Source of the DNA: an uncultured delta proteobacterium
GTDB lineage: Bacteria > Desulfobacterota > RBG-13-43-22
DNA length: 64,000 bases
Reading direction: 5' to 3'
Assembly (NCBI GenBank): GCA_963790475.1
Contig: CAWBOS010000010.1
Span: 832,001 to 896,000 of the forward strand
A program made the translations under genes and the position numbers. Below the pieces are notes generated by a model. It was not told the origin of the DNA. It did not search any database and saw only the letters and a program-made list of their open reading frames with translations. Numbering within the stretch: the first letter of the stretch is position 1; each line of letters starts with the position of its first letter. This document shows, piece after piece, positions 49,296-59,594 of the stretch.

Positions 49296-49766
49296 ATGCG
49301 ATCATTTTTGGTGACCTTGGCGATTTTAATTTCCTTGATATCGGCCGACACCGGTCACACTGATTTCTTAAAAGATCTTGCCTGCCACCGGGGTCTTAGC
49401 AAGGATTGTCTCAGAACCCATAGAGAGAATCCCAATGGGATACTTCCTTCCGGTGCCAGGCTTCATACAGGAGAGTCCATTTGGGCACCGAGCGGTGAAT
49501 TTGAACTGAGTTGCCAGAGAGATGGCAACTTGGTTCTTTACCGCGACAGGACGCCTATCTGGTCGACAGGAACTGCCGGAAGGGAAGTCAGAGAATGTAT
49601 TATGCAGCCTGATGGTAATCTCGTTTTGTACGGCCATGACAGGGAACCGGTTTGGTCATCAAACACCTTTGGAAACCCCGGTTCTTTTCTGGCAGTTCAG
49701 GATGACGGGAATGTTGTCATTTATAAACCGGTATACCCGGTCTGGTCGACGGGCACTTATCATTAA
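49296..49766 (+). CDS. Secreted bulb-type (B-) mannose-binding lectin
   Basis: Signal peptide; three QxDxNxVxY motifs (QRDGNLVLY, QPDGNLVLY, QDDGNVVIY). Confidence 0.9.
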   Translation: MRSFLVTLAILISLISADTGHTDFLKDLACHRGLSKDCLRTHRENPNGILPSGARLHTGESIWAPSGEFELSCQRDGNLVLYRDRTPIWSTGTAGREVRECIMQPDGNLVLYGHDREPVWSSNTFGNPGSFLAVQDDGNVVIYKPVYPVWSTGTYH

Positions 49767-49793
49767 TTGGATATTTTTCATAATCATAGGGTG

Positions 49794-50365
49794 ATGAAAC
49801 GTTTCGGTCTCGGTCTGCTCTGTGGGCTCGGTGGCTACTTCGTCGCCGCCGTCGTAAGCTATTTTGCCATACTGCAGTTTTCGCCGAACAGGCATGACCG
49901 CGAACTCGAGGCGGCGATGACGAGCGTTTTCTTCATTGGACCTATTGGAGCAGTCCTCTCATTCATACTCGGCGATTCTTATCGACGGTTTTTGAATTCA
50001 GAACGAAGTTTTTTAACAAGAAAGGTGAAGGTGAAACATGTTTATCGTTATTATCTCTTTCCCACCCATTAAGGAAGGCAGGGATGCCGATTTCCAAAGA
50101 TGGTTTGCCTCTTCAAACCAAGCGTTCGGCAACTTTAGTGGCTTTATAAGCAGAAGACTTCTGAAGCCTGTAAATGGAGGGAACTACGCGGCTATAGTTG
50201 AATTCAAGGATCAAGCTGCATTCCAAGCAATGCATAGCAGTGCTACCCATGATGCAGAGGGCGACCAAGTGAGACCTCTCTTTGATGGTAAACCCACGCC
50301 GACATTCTACCAAGTTATTGGTGGATAGTTTGGACGCAATATGGCAGCTCTCGTAGAGTGGGACG
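49794..50365 (+). repeat. 572-bp direct repeat, copy B (membrane ORF 49794-50072 + ABM gene)
   Basis: Near-identical to 43049-43620. Confidence 0.95.
50038..50328 (+). CDS. ABM domain protein, copy 2
   Basis: Translation identical to 43293-43583. Confidence 0.8.
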   Translation: MFIVIISFPPIKEGRDADFQRWFASSNQAFGNFSGFISRRLLKPVNGGNYAAIVEFKDQAAFQAMHSSATHDAEGDQVRPLFDGKPTPTFYQVIGG

Positions 50366-50388
50366 TTATCCAAGCCCGGAACAAGCAG

Positions 50389-50430
50389 CTGAATCGACTG
50401 AATCGGCGCTGAATCGCTGAATCGGGGTCA
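50389..50430 (+). repeat. Four CTGAATCG units ending in GGGGTCA
   Basis: CTGAATCG A CTGAATCG GCG CTGAATCG CTGAATCG GGGTCA. Confidence 0.8.
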
Positions 50431-50739
50431 TCAGATGAAGAGGCTTATCCATGAAGACGGTCATGTCACAGAGGGCACTGTATGCGTACCATCCATGCCG
50501 AACAGAATGCTATTTGTCAGGCAGCGAAACAAGGTGTTTCCGTGGAAGGAGCAACCCTATACACGAGAATGACTCCTTGCCGCACTTGCGCGATGCTCAT
50601 TATCAACTGTGGCATCAAGAGGGTGTTTTGTGAGAGGCGATATCACTCCGGCCAAGAATCAGAACATATGTTTCTGGAGGCCGGAATCCATTTGGAGTAC
50701 AAGTACCAAGAACTTCAGCAATACCAAGACGAGACTTAA
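50425..50739 (+). pseudogene. 5'-truncated dCMP deaminase family gene
   Basis: GHQMK...EDGH (frameshifted) then CMRTIHAEQNAI...TPCRTCA. Confidence 0.8.
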
Positions 50740-50791
50740 CAGCCTTATGCAGACGGACTCGTTACACTCGCGGCTGATCCAGGCATTGGGG
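50734..50791 (+). mobile_element. attC-like site
   Basis: ACTTAAC (contains the stop codon)...ATGCAG...CACTCGCGGCTGAT...ATTGGGG. Confidence 0.6.
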
Positions 50792-51038
50792 AGAAATAAC
50801 GGATCAAAACCCACAAAGAATATTCCTGCAAGCCCTTCTCCATACCTTTTCGATCCAACTCTTCAGTGCCGGAATGCGGGTCGAGAGAGGAGATAGGGAT
50901 AGATCTTAAAACATCCATAAATATATGAATAATAGACAATAAAAATTACTTGAAAAGCGGATTCGCTTGTCTTACACTCAAATCGTCAACAAAAATATCG
51001 TATAAGAATCTCCTACAGGATCCTAAAGGCGATATAAA

Positions 51039-52063
51039 ATGGCGAGGCGAATAAACGAAACAAAGTCCGGTGGGCTAAGAAGAATTTTGAAGAGTTTAAG
51101 CCTCGCCGCTTCAAGTGGCTATTCGTATTGCAGACATGGGTTGTCTGTGTTCATCAGGCAGATTGCTCTCCTCATCAAACAAATCAGCAAAACAATATGG
51201 GGCTGGCTAGGCCAATTATGGAAAGCCTTGAACCGCTCCCGTTCGAAGGGATATCCCTATTACCGGCATCCGTTGCCTGTACGCATCATGCACTGGAGCA
51301 ATGTCGTTTTGCTGGCCACACTCCTGATGAGCGGTCTCAATATTTTCAATGCCCATCCGGCGCTCTACTGGGGCAAGTCGTCTTACCGCGGCGTTCCCCC
51401 GGTATTGGAGATACGAGGCAAAGAAAACGATGAAGGAGAAATCTCCGGCCTCACCCGCGTCTTTGGCCACGAATTCAATACAACCGGATTCCTCGGCGCC
51501 TCCAAAAACTCGGCGGGAGAATTAACCGAACGTGGCTTCCCGTCCTGGCTTACCATACCCGACTGAGCAATGGCTTGCCATGGCCCGACGCTGGCACTTT
51601 TTTTGCGCCTGGCTGTTCGTGGTAAACGGCCTCACCTTTGTGACCTACATCCATTGTGAGCCGGCATTTGCAGCGGGATCTTCTTCCCACCAGGCAGGAT
51701 TGGCGTTCGATAGGCAGAACGATTATCGATCATCTGCGCTTTCGACATCCCAAGGGCGAGGCGGCCAAGCGACTACAACGTACTGCAGAAAATGCGCCTA
51801 TTTGGTGGTGATCTTCTTCCTTCTCCCCCTGATGATCCTGATGGGACTGGGTATGTCGCCGGCGATGGACGCCTTATATCCCCGGCTGGGTGGATCTCTT
51901 TTTCGGCCGACAATCCGTGAGGACTATCCATTTCATCGTCGCCTGGGCGCTGGTGCTGTTCGTGATCATTCATGTGTTTATGGTGATCATCACCGGCTTC
52001 TGGAACAACCTTCGCTCGATGATTACCGGATACTACAGGATCAAATCGGAGGCGAGATCATGA
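51039..52063 (+). pseudogene. Cytochrome b subunit (YdhU/thiosulfate reductase cyt b-like), frameshifted
   Basis: RHPLPVRIMHW, MSGLNIFNAHP, ARRWHFF, YNVLQK, RTIHF, IHVFMV spread over several frames. Confidence 0.8.
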
Positions 52064-52839
52064 GTGATGACGACAAACTCACCCGGCGTAGTCTCCTGAC
52101 ACGCCTTCTGGCCGGCGCAGGCGTAGTGGTGCTTGGCGGCTGCGAAAAACTTTCGGAAACCACCTGGTTTCCCAAGGTGCTGGGTTTAGGCGAAAAGGCT
52201 ACCTATAAATTTCAAAGGCTGATCCTGCCGCGCAAAGCGATGGCGCAGGAATTCTCGGCAACCGATCTGTCACCCGCAATTCCGCAGCAACGGGACGTCA
52301 ATGCCGAAAAATCCGACATACATGGCGATGGCAGCCAGAGGATTTTACGGACTATCGCCTCAAGGTAGGCGGTCTGGTTGAACAGCCCATGACTTTTTCG
52401 CTGGCCGACATTCGAAAGCTTCTCCAGTCGTACTCAGATAACGCGCCACGATTGCGTTGAGGGGTGGAGCGCCATAGGCAAGTGGAAGGGGGCACGCCTC
52501 AGCGCACTGCTCGAAGCGGTCCATCTGAAACCCAATGCCCGTTATGTCGTTTTCCACTGCGCAGACCCGATGGAAGAAGATGGCAGCTCCCCCTATTACG
52601 AGAGCATCGACCTGGAAGACGCCTTTCACCCGCAGACGATACTCGCTTATGAGCTGAATGACAAACCATTGCCGATCCAGAACGGCGCGCCGCTTCGCTT
52701 GCGATTGGAGCGGCAGCTGGGCTACAAAATGGCGAAGTATGTCATGCGCCTTGAAATCGTCGAAGATTTTTCCGGGATAGCCGGGGGAAAAGGAGGATAC
52801 TGGGAAGATCAGGGATACGAGTGGTATGCCGGCATCTGA
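52060..52839 (+). pseudogene. Tat-exported molybdopterin oxidoreductase (MsrP/sulfite oxidase-like), frameshifted
   Basis: TRRSLL Tat signal; TRHDCVEGWS; GAPLRLRLERQLGYK; GGYWED; several frame changes. Confidence 0.82.
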
Positions 52840-52994
52840 GAAGGCCGGACCAAAATACGAGTACAGTTTCAAGGGCATCATCAAACTACTCGTATCTAAA
52901 TTTCTATTTGACTTTGAAATTAATTAACTATAGGTTATATTTGTAAAATATTATAGTTCAATTATTGGTCAATCCATAGAAGGGGAGGCCCATC

Positions 52995-54122
52995 TTGAAA
53001 AAATATATCCTGTTACTTTTTTGCTTTCTGCTGATCCCTTGGTCTGTAGAAGCCAAAGATCAAACGATCAATCTTAAGTATATGCCCCGAGAAAAGGTAA
53101 AGGTTAAGCCCAAGAATGTCTCGGCCGAAAGGATTTATTTCGAGGAAGTCGATGACACCCGCTCCAGACCGCAAGAAATCGGAGAGAATACGGAAAACAA
53201 AGATAAACCAGTCAAGATCCTGACTTCCCACGAAGATGGGGCCGGCCAGTTCACGCTTTCGGTCTTGAAAAATGAATTCCAGGACAAAGGTTTCAAGGTG
53301 GAAAGCAGATCCGGTGACGCTTCGAAAATAGTCAGCACCACCCTGTTGAAATTCTGGACTCAGGAAGAAAGCAATTATAACACTGAAATCCAACTCAGGG
53401 TCGAGATCAAAGAAAAAAGGGGGGAATATTATTTTAAAAGAACCTATTCCTCCAAGGGCACAAACAGAGGGAGGAGCCTCTCAGAGGTCAACTATGATGA
53501 ATGTATCAGTGATGCCCTGGCCAGACTGACGGACGACCTTTTTTCGGATTCGGAATTCCTCAGGGTACTGGCGGAAAGGCCAAGGCCGCCCCGGGTGGAA
53601 GAAAGACGAATCGATGAAAGAAAGCCGGAAGATAAAAAATTAGAAGATTTGAAGGCTGGAGAAAAGAAATTAGAAGAATTAAAGATGGAAGTAAAAAGAT
53701 TAGAGGAAATAAAAGCGGCAGAAAGACGCGCTAAAGAAAAACAAGACGAAGAAAAAAGAGCCGAAGAAAAACGGTTAAGAGATATAAAAGCGGAAGAAAA
53801 ACGGTTAGAGGAAAGAAAAGTGGAAGAAAGTCGCGTTAAAGAAAAACAAGACGAGGAAAAAAGATTAGAAGAAATAAGAATGGAAGTTCAAAGATTGGAA
53901 GAAAAAAAAGCGGAAGAGAAACTCGCGGAAGAAAAACGGGCTGAAGAATTAAAAGCTGAAGAAAAAAGATTGCAAGAAATAAAGGCGGAGGTAAAAAGAT
54001 TAGAAGACCTGAAGGCTGTAAAAGAAGGAATTAAAGCCGAGGGAAAACCGGCCAAAAAAGCGCCGGCACCGACCCCTGCCAAACCTAAACCGGTGATGGA
54101 GCCGGTCTTCGGCCCGAAATAA
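52995..54122 (+). CDS. Secreted protein with a long Glu/Lys-rich repeat tail
   Basis: Signal peptide, globular N-terminal half, repeated EEKRLEE-like units, Pro-rich end. Confidence 0.8.
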   Translation: MKKYILLLFCFLLIPWSVEAKDQTINLKYMPREKVKVKPKNVSAERIYFEEVDDTRSRPQEIGENTENKDKPVKILTSHEDGAGQFTLSVLKNEFQDKGFKVESRSGDASKIVSTTLLKFWTQEESNYNTEIQLRVEIKEKRGEYYFKRTYSSKGTNRGRSLSEVNYDECISDALARLTDDLFSDSEFLRVLAERPRPPRVEERRIDERKPEDKKLEDLKAGEKKLEELKMEVKRLEEIKAAERRAKEKQDEEKRAEEKRLRDIKAEEKRLEERKVEESRVKEKQDEEKRLEEIRMEVQRLEEKKAEEKLAEEKRAEELKAEEKRLQEIKAEVKRLEDLKAVKEGIKAEGKPAKKAPAPTPAKPKPVMEPVFGPK

Positions 54123-54377
54123 TTCCAGTTTTGTTCCTAACCCCTTCCCTCGCCGTGACTCTTCCACCCAAAATTGGCTGATCTCGCAGCACCCGCCCCA
54201 CGTGTGTCCACAAATGCCCGCGACGATTCGATTGCGATCATCCAGCTCAAAGATTCCCAGACCCTGGCCATCTGTAATCCCTGTCGTTCTTGAATTGAAC
54301 TCGTAGAGGCGATCTTCCTGGTACCGAACTTGTTCGGGCGTGGGGTTCGTCTCGACAATGAATTCCGATCTCGGCAT
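54120..54377 (-). pseudogene. 3'-truncated GNAT acetyltransferase
   Basis: MPRSEF...AGICGHTWGGCCEISQFWVEESRRGKGLGTKL, then runs into the convergent gene. Confidence 0.7.
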
Positions 54378-54381
54378 AAAT

Positions 54382-57018
54382 TCAAACCTCCTTGCCCAAT
54401 CGTTGTTCCCCCGTACTACTCCCGTTTTGATGCGGTTCGTTTTCCGGATTACGCTCGAAGGTATAATTGCCTTTGAAAAACTGATCCCGGCACCAATCGA
54501 TTTTCCGGTCATCATCCAGGACCATATCCAACAGCCGAACCGCCCCCATCAGACGCCCCAGAAGATCCAGTTTTTCCTGAATCATGTAGGAATTGAGTTT
54601 TTTTAGTTCCCCTTTGACCATATCCCCTTTTTGATTGACCGCGAAACCCATTTTTCTCAGGATGGAGGCGATTAGTATGGCCCTTCGGGACCGGCGTTCG
54701 ATGTCGGCCGCCCCGCCCTTGAAATAAAAAGTGACATAGTTATTGTTGATATTCTGGCCGCAATAGGTATCCAGGGTAGCAAAGTGGTAACCCAGGCGGG
54801 AGCTGAAGTTCAAATATTTTCCGGAGACCACGGCGTAACTGGGACCGCCCATATCTCCCTCCCTTTCCGGGTCATGCAGGATACTTTCCATCAAAATGGA
54901 CCCGAAACCGCCCCAACTCATCTTGTTCTGGCCTAGCCATTCTACTCCTTTATGGGTCATGCCCCGGTACAAAGCCTTGAAGGGTACGGAAAGGATCTGT
55001 TCCGGCCGGACTTCCCTCTGGTTTCGATCGATATCAAGTCCTTCCCCCAGATCGACGATATAGAGATCCAGGGGCAGGGGGGAGCGAAAACGGACCGAAA
55101 CCTTCTTGCCATCTTCAATGGTTTCTCCGATCTGAAACATCTCCTGCATAGCCATTTCATGGGCAAAACGGATAATATCATGGATTGTCTCACAGGACTG
55201 GGGATTGAAATTTTCCTGCTTGGGATCGATCAGATGCAAAGGGGCGACTTTTTGCAAGGTGGCCTTCAGGACTTTGTAAGTCGGGCTCCCTTTCATGGGA
55301 TTGTGGGGTTTGCCCTTTCCCAGAAGAGTTTCGATCCTGCCCTGAAAAACCAATCCCCTGGTGGCATCAACGGTTATCTCCTGGCCGTGGGGAATCAGGG
55401 TGGTGGCATTTTCCGTTCCAACCAGGGTGGGAATCTGGAATTCCCGGGCCACCGAGGCCATATGACCGGTGACGCTGCCCACATCGGTAATAATGGCCCT
55501 TACCCGCCCGATTATCGGCACATAACGGGGGGAGGTCTGGGGGGCAATCAAGATAGAACCATCCGGAATATTCAGGAGATTATGGTCCGATTTGATCACA
55601 TAGGCCAGGCCTGAGGCCACCCCGTTGGAAGCTGAAACTCCGCCTTTCAACAAAACAGGAAATCCCTCCTCCTGCTGATCGGCGTCCGGAGTCGGTTTGG
55701 AAAAGGACTGTTCGGTAAATCGCAGAGGCCGGGCCTGGAGGACATAGAGACGTTTATCCGCATCAATGGCCCATTCAATATCCAGAGGGAATTTATAATG
55801 ATCCTCCAGTCTAAAGGCGTAGTGAACCAGCAGCTGAATCTGGGAACGGCTCAAACAGGGTTTATCCATAAAGGCATGGGCCACCGGTTCCTGTTTAATT
55901 CCTTGAACCGGATCCGAGAAGACACGCGTTTCTTTTCGAACCACTTCCTCTTTTTCAATCTGACGGTTCGATTTACGGATCTGATAAAAATCGGCCGACT
56001 GGGAACCATCGACCAGGCCGACTCCCAGACCCCACACGGCACTGATCAGGATCACTTCATGCCCACTGTCATTGGGATCCAGGGTGTACATAACCCCGCT
56101 GACCTGGGCATCGATCATTTGGACACAGGCCACGCTCATAACCACGTCCTGATCCAGGTAACCTTTACTGCGCCGGTAATAAATGGCCCGAGGGTTGAAA
56201 GTGCTGGCCACCACTTCCTTATAGGCCTCGAACAATGTATCCTCGGCCACGTTTAAGACCGTGGAATGCTGCCCGGCAAAACTGGCTTCCGAATCTTCGC
56301 TGGTGGCACTGCTTCTGACTGCCAGGCGCAAGGGTCCGGTAATTTTTTCTTTTAATTCCTTAATGGCCCCGAGGAGGTCCTGTTCAAGATTCGGGGGAAT
56401 CCGACCCGAAATAATGAAGGATCGAATTTCCTCACTGACTTGCATGAGTTTTTCCGTATCGTTGACCTCGAGGTTCTTCAATGCCTTTTCGATCCGTTCC
56501 GGGAAGTGATTAAACTCCAGGAAAACCTGACAGGCGTAGGCCGTCACGGCAAAACCCCGGGGGACCGGAAGTTTGACCCGGCTTAGGATTTCCCCCAAGT
56601 TGGCCGCCTTTCCACCAACCTCGGGCACATGCTCCTGACCGATCCGGTCCAGGGGCAGGACCAGTCGGGTCGGCACGATTGTCTTTTTGGTCCCCGGTCC
56701 TTGACGGACCTCCAGGCCCACCTTTTCCACGGCTTCAAACAGGTCAAGAAATTTCGCCCCGGCCAGGGCATTGAGGTCCTCAGCAATACGGCAGGTTGAT
56801 TCGATCAGGTTTTCGCCCTGAGTCCGGACATGGTTCAAGGACACCGGCTGGTCTTCATAGAAAATATGCTCCAGGTCGGTGATGATATCCAGGGCCTTGT
56901 TGTTTCCGGTCAGGACGGCCTTAAAATGGTTGTACTTGAGGGTCAGAAAGGTCTTTTCGGGCGATAAGCTGGAAACCGCTTTACTTTTCTTAAAAATATC
57001 GAGAATTCTGAACATCAA
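54382..57018 (-). CDS. PEP synthase / pyruvate,water dikinase-like protein
   Basis: VGGKAANLG, AVRSSATSED, SFAGQH, DIEWA, LQARP, phospho-His TGHMASVARE. Confidence 0.9.
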   Translation of the reverse strand: MMFRILDIFKKSKAVSSLSPEKTFLTLKYNHFKAVLTGNNKALDIITDLEHIFYEDQPVSLNHVRTQGENLIESTCRIAEDLNALAGAKFLDLFEAVEKVGLEVRQGPGTKKTIVPTRLVLPLDRIGQEHVPEVGGKAANLGEILSRVKLPVPRGFAVTAYACQVFLEFNHFPERIEKALKNLEVNDTEKLMQVSEEIRSFIISGRIPPNLEQDLLGAIKELKEKITGPLRLAVRSSATSEDSEASFAGQHSTVLNVAEDTLFEAYKEVVASTFNPRAIYYRRSKGYLDQDVVMSVACVQMIDAQVSGVMYTLDPNDSGHEVILISAVWGLGVGLVDGSQSADFYQIRKSNRQIEKEEVVRKETRVFSDPVQGIKQEPVAHAFMDKPCLSRSQIQLLVHYAFRLEDHYKFPLDIEWAIDADKRLYVLQARPLRFTEQSFSKPTPDADQQEEGFPVLLKGGVSASNGVASGLAYVIKSDHNLLNIPDGSILIAPQTSPRYVPIIGRVRAIITDVGSVTGHMASVAREFQIPTLVGTENATTLIPHGQEITVDATRGLVFQGRIETLLGKGKPHNPMKGSPTYKVLKATLQKVAPLHLIDPKQENFNPQSCETIHDIIRFAHEMAMQEMFQIGETIEDGKKVSVRFRSPLPLDLYIVDLGEGLDIDRNQREVRPEQILSVPFKALYRGMTHKGVEWLGQNKMSWGGFGSILMESILHDPEREGDMGGPSYAVVSGKYLNFSSRLGYHFATLDTYCGQNINNNYVTFYFKGGAADIERRSRRAILIASILRKMGFAVNQKGDMVKGELKKLNSYMIQEKLDLLGRLMGAVRLLDMVLDDDRKIDWCRDQFFKGNYTFERNPENEPHQNGSSTGEQRLGKEV

Positions 57019-57159
57019 ATAATCCCCGGCGATTACAATAAACCCTCATCGAACAAACATTTGACAATTGCTTGATTTTTGTTTATTTATTAAACAATAT
57101 CAGCTTTCTTTTTGGCAAGTCATTTTGTATTGGATTCGGGTTATTTCGCAAGATGCCGT

Positions 57160-57681
57160 ATGGCGGACTCTCAATATTTTATTCCCACATTAATCGAAGT
57201 TATTCCTGCGCCAGCGGAGCAGGAGCCGATCCTGGCTAATTTGCTTGAGCTTTATGCCCACGATTTCAGCGAGTATATGGAACTGGAGCTTGGCCCGGAC
57301 GGGCGATTTGGCTATGAGCATCTTCCTCTCTACTGGAAAGAGGATGGCCGTCATCCTCTTCTCATTAAAGTCAGCGGCAGTCTGGCCGGGTTTGCTCTGG
57401 TGAGCATGGGTTCGCGAATCTCCGGCGCTGAAAATGTCCGGGATATGACTGAATTCTTCATTATTCGCGGTCGTCGCCGACTGGGGGTAGGGACAAAAGC
57501 GGCCCAGGCCATTTAGAAAAGGTTCCCGGGAAAGTGGGAAGTGCGCGTTAGAGACCGAAATCGAGCAGCGAAAGAGTTCTGGGCGGGTACCATTACTGCT
57601 TTTATCGGTAAGCCGATTCACCCGCTGGTTCTCGAAAAAAAAGGAGAACTCTGGCAGGTATTTTCCTTTGAATCGGATTAA
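57160..57681 (+). pseudogene. GNAT acetyltransferase with a single in-frame amber stop
   Basis: ...KAAQAI*KRFPGKWEVRVRDRN...FW; TAG at 57514-57516 and the frame continues to TAA at 57681. Confidence 0.75.
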
Positions 57682-57685
57682 GGAA

Positions 57686-57841
57686 CTAATGCTCATCCGG
57701 AAATGATATTTTCGGATGAGGCTATTAGCGTTCAGCGGTCAGCTTTTAGAGAAATCTTTTTAAAAGTGTTTTTGCTGACTGCTAAATGCTGAAAGCCGTC
57801 CGCTCCATCTGCAAATCCGAGGTTTCCGGATAAAAACCAAC
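57686..57841. repeat. MITE-like inverted-repeat element
   Basis: CTCATCCGGAAA...TTTCCGGATAAA termini; inner GTCAGC/GCTGAC heptamer inverted repeats. Confidence 0.55.
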
Positions 57842-57892
57842 TATAAATCAAGCAACAAATCAGATACTCCATTCTCGAGGTAACTTCCCGTA

Positions 57893-58789
57893 ATGCGCTA
57901 CACCGACCTTCAGGCCTCAGGTGAGCTCAGACGCCGAGCCGAGGAGGCGGGCCTCTGGCTTCTCCACTGCATCGTGTGTCCGCACCAATGCGAAACCGAC
58001 CGCACCAGAGAGCCAGGGGCCTTTTGCCGGGCCAGCGACCGCGTTCGTGTCGTCTCTTTCGGCCCCCATTTTGGCGAGGAGCGGCCGCTGGTGGGAAGAG
58101 GCGGGAGTGGCACCATTTTTTTCGGCAGGTGCAACCTGAGCTGCGTCTATTGTCAGAACTATGATATTTCGCAGGCCGATTCCGGCAAGGAGGTCTCCGC
58201 CCGGGATCTGGCGGACATCATGCTCCGGGTGCAGGAAATGGGCTGTGAGAACCTCAATCTGGTATCGCCAACGCATTACACGCCCCAGATCCTGGACGCC
58301 CTCGACCTGGCAGCAAAGCACGGATTGCGCCTCCCGCTGGTCTGGAATACCGGCACCTTCGAGCGGCTGGAGACATTAGGGCTGCTTGACGGAGTCGTAG
58401 ACATATATCTGCCCGACACCAAGTATGCGGATCCGCAAGTCGCCCGGCGTCTTTCAGGTGCCCCCGCCTACCCGCAACGAATGCGCGAGGCCCTTCGGGA
58501 GATGCACCGGCAGGTCGGTGACCTGATCATTGACGAGCTTGGAGTCGCCCTCCGCGGGCTTATCGTCCGCCACCTGGTGCTGCCCGGCGGGCTGGCCGGC
58601 ACCGCCGATACCATGCGCTTCATCGCCGAGGAGCTTTCGCCGGATACCTACGTCAACGTCATGGGGCAGTACCGCCCGGAGTACCGGGCGCAAGAGTACC
58701 CCGAGATCGCCCGATCAGTTACCGTGGAAGAGGTCATCGAAGGCAAGCGTCTCGCTCGCCAGGCTGGGCTGCACAGGCTGGATTGTTGA
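57893..58789 (+). CDS. Radical SAM protein, PflX-like
   Basis: HFGEE..LVG..GSGTIFF..CNLSCVYCQN, VRHLVLPG, NVMGQYRP. Confidence 0.9.
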   Translation: MRYTDLQASGELRRRAEEAGLWLLHCIVCPHQCETDRTREPGAFCRASDRVRVVSFGPHFGEERPLVGRGGSGTIFFGRCNLSCVYCQNYDISQADSGKEVSARDLADIMLRVQEMGCENLNLVSPTHYTPQILDALDLAAKHGLRLPLVWNTGTFERLETLGLLDGVVDIYLPDTKYADPQVARRLSGAPAYPQRMREALREMHRQVGDLIIDELGVALRGLIVRHLVLPGGLAGTADTMRFIAEELSPDTYVNVMGQYRPEYRAQEYPEIARSVTVEEVIEGKRLARQAGLHRLDC

Positions 58790-58900
58790 GTACGACCCGC
58801 CCCGAACCTTCATTCCCTGGGGTCGGGCTACGCAAACAATTTAGAATAAGATGATAATTATTCAACAAAGAGCTTTTTTAAAACCTATGCGGATATTATT

Positions 58901-59344
58901 TTATTTTTTGAAAAGTAAGCCCTCTAACGGAGCACCCGTCTCCCCCTCCCAGACAGCGTGCAATTCTTTCCCGACAATACTTAATTTCACCTTACCGTTC
59001 TTCAACTCAAGAATAATGGAGGTTTCTTCGACTCTTCCTACTGTCCTGATGTTTCCCGCAGCTGATCCCTGTCTCGGTCCCCACGACCACACTACGGTTG
59101 CCTTTGTCGAATCGACCTTTTCTACCACTACAGTAAGATTCCTTCCGACAGGCCGCCTCCTTTCGTTTGGAAAAGAGCCCTCCCAGACGCCTGAGAAAAC
59201 CCTTAATTCAGGAGGAACATCATCTCCGGGTTTTATAATGTTTATGTTGTTAGGCAACGGCGTCCATTCCGCCATTGCCATTGTGGGCATAAAACAAAAG
59301 AGTCCCCAACAAGCTGCCAGCAAAAAAAATAATTTTCTTTTCAT
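58901..59344 (-). CDS. Hypothetical secreted protein
   Basis: MKRKLFFLL signal peptide; FSGVWEG. Confidence 0.65.
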   Translation of the reverse strand: MKRKLFFLLAACWGLFCFMPTMAMAEWTPLPNNINIIKPGDDVPPELRVFSGVWEGSFPNERRRPVGRNLTVVVEKVDSTKATVVWSWGPRQGSAAGNIRTVGRVEETSIILELKNGKVKLSIVGKELHAVWEGETGAPLEGLLFKK

Positions 59345-59594
59345 TTTTCTTTCTCCCTTGCCGGTTTTCAAAAAAGTTTTTGCATATTTTTAATATTAAA
59401 AATTTATCTCTCTCCTGAGGAATGGGGTCTAGTATTCTTTTATTGGAATTACTTAAGGCATTACCTTCCGAGATAGCGTAAGATGGGGGACGGGTTCAAA
59501 TTTTTCTGAGAGGTCAGGTAGAAAGCCCAGAATGGGAACCTGTCCCCGTTTGTTTACAAAAATAGAAATGGTTCGACCGCCGGAACCATCCCGG

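Noticed and set aside
50389-50430. Possible CRISPR array
   Set aside because: Units are 8 bp with 0-3 nt gaps; there are no spacers and no cas genes.
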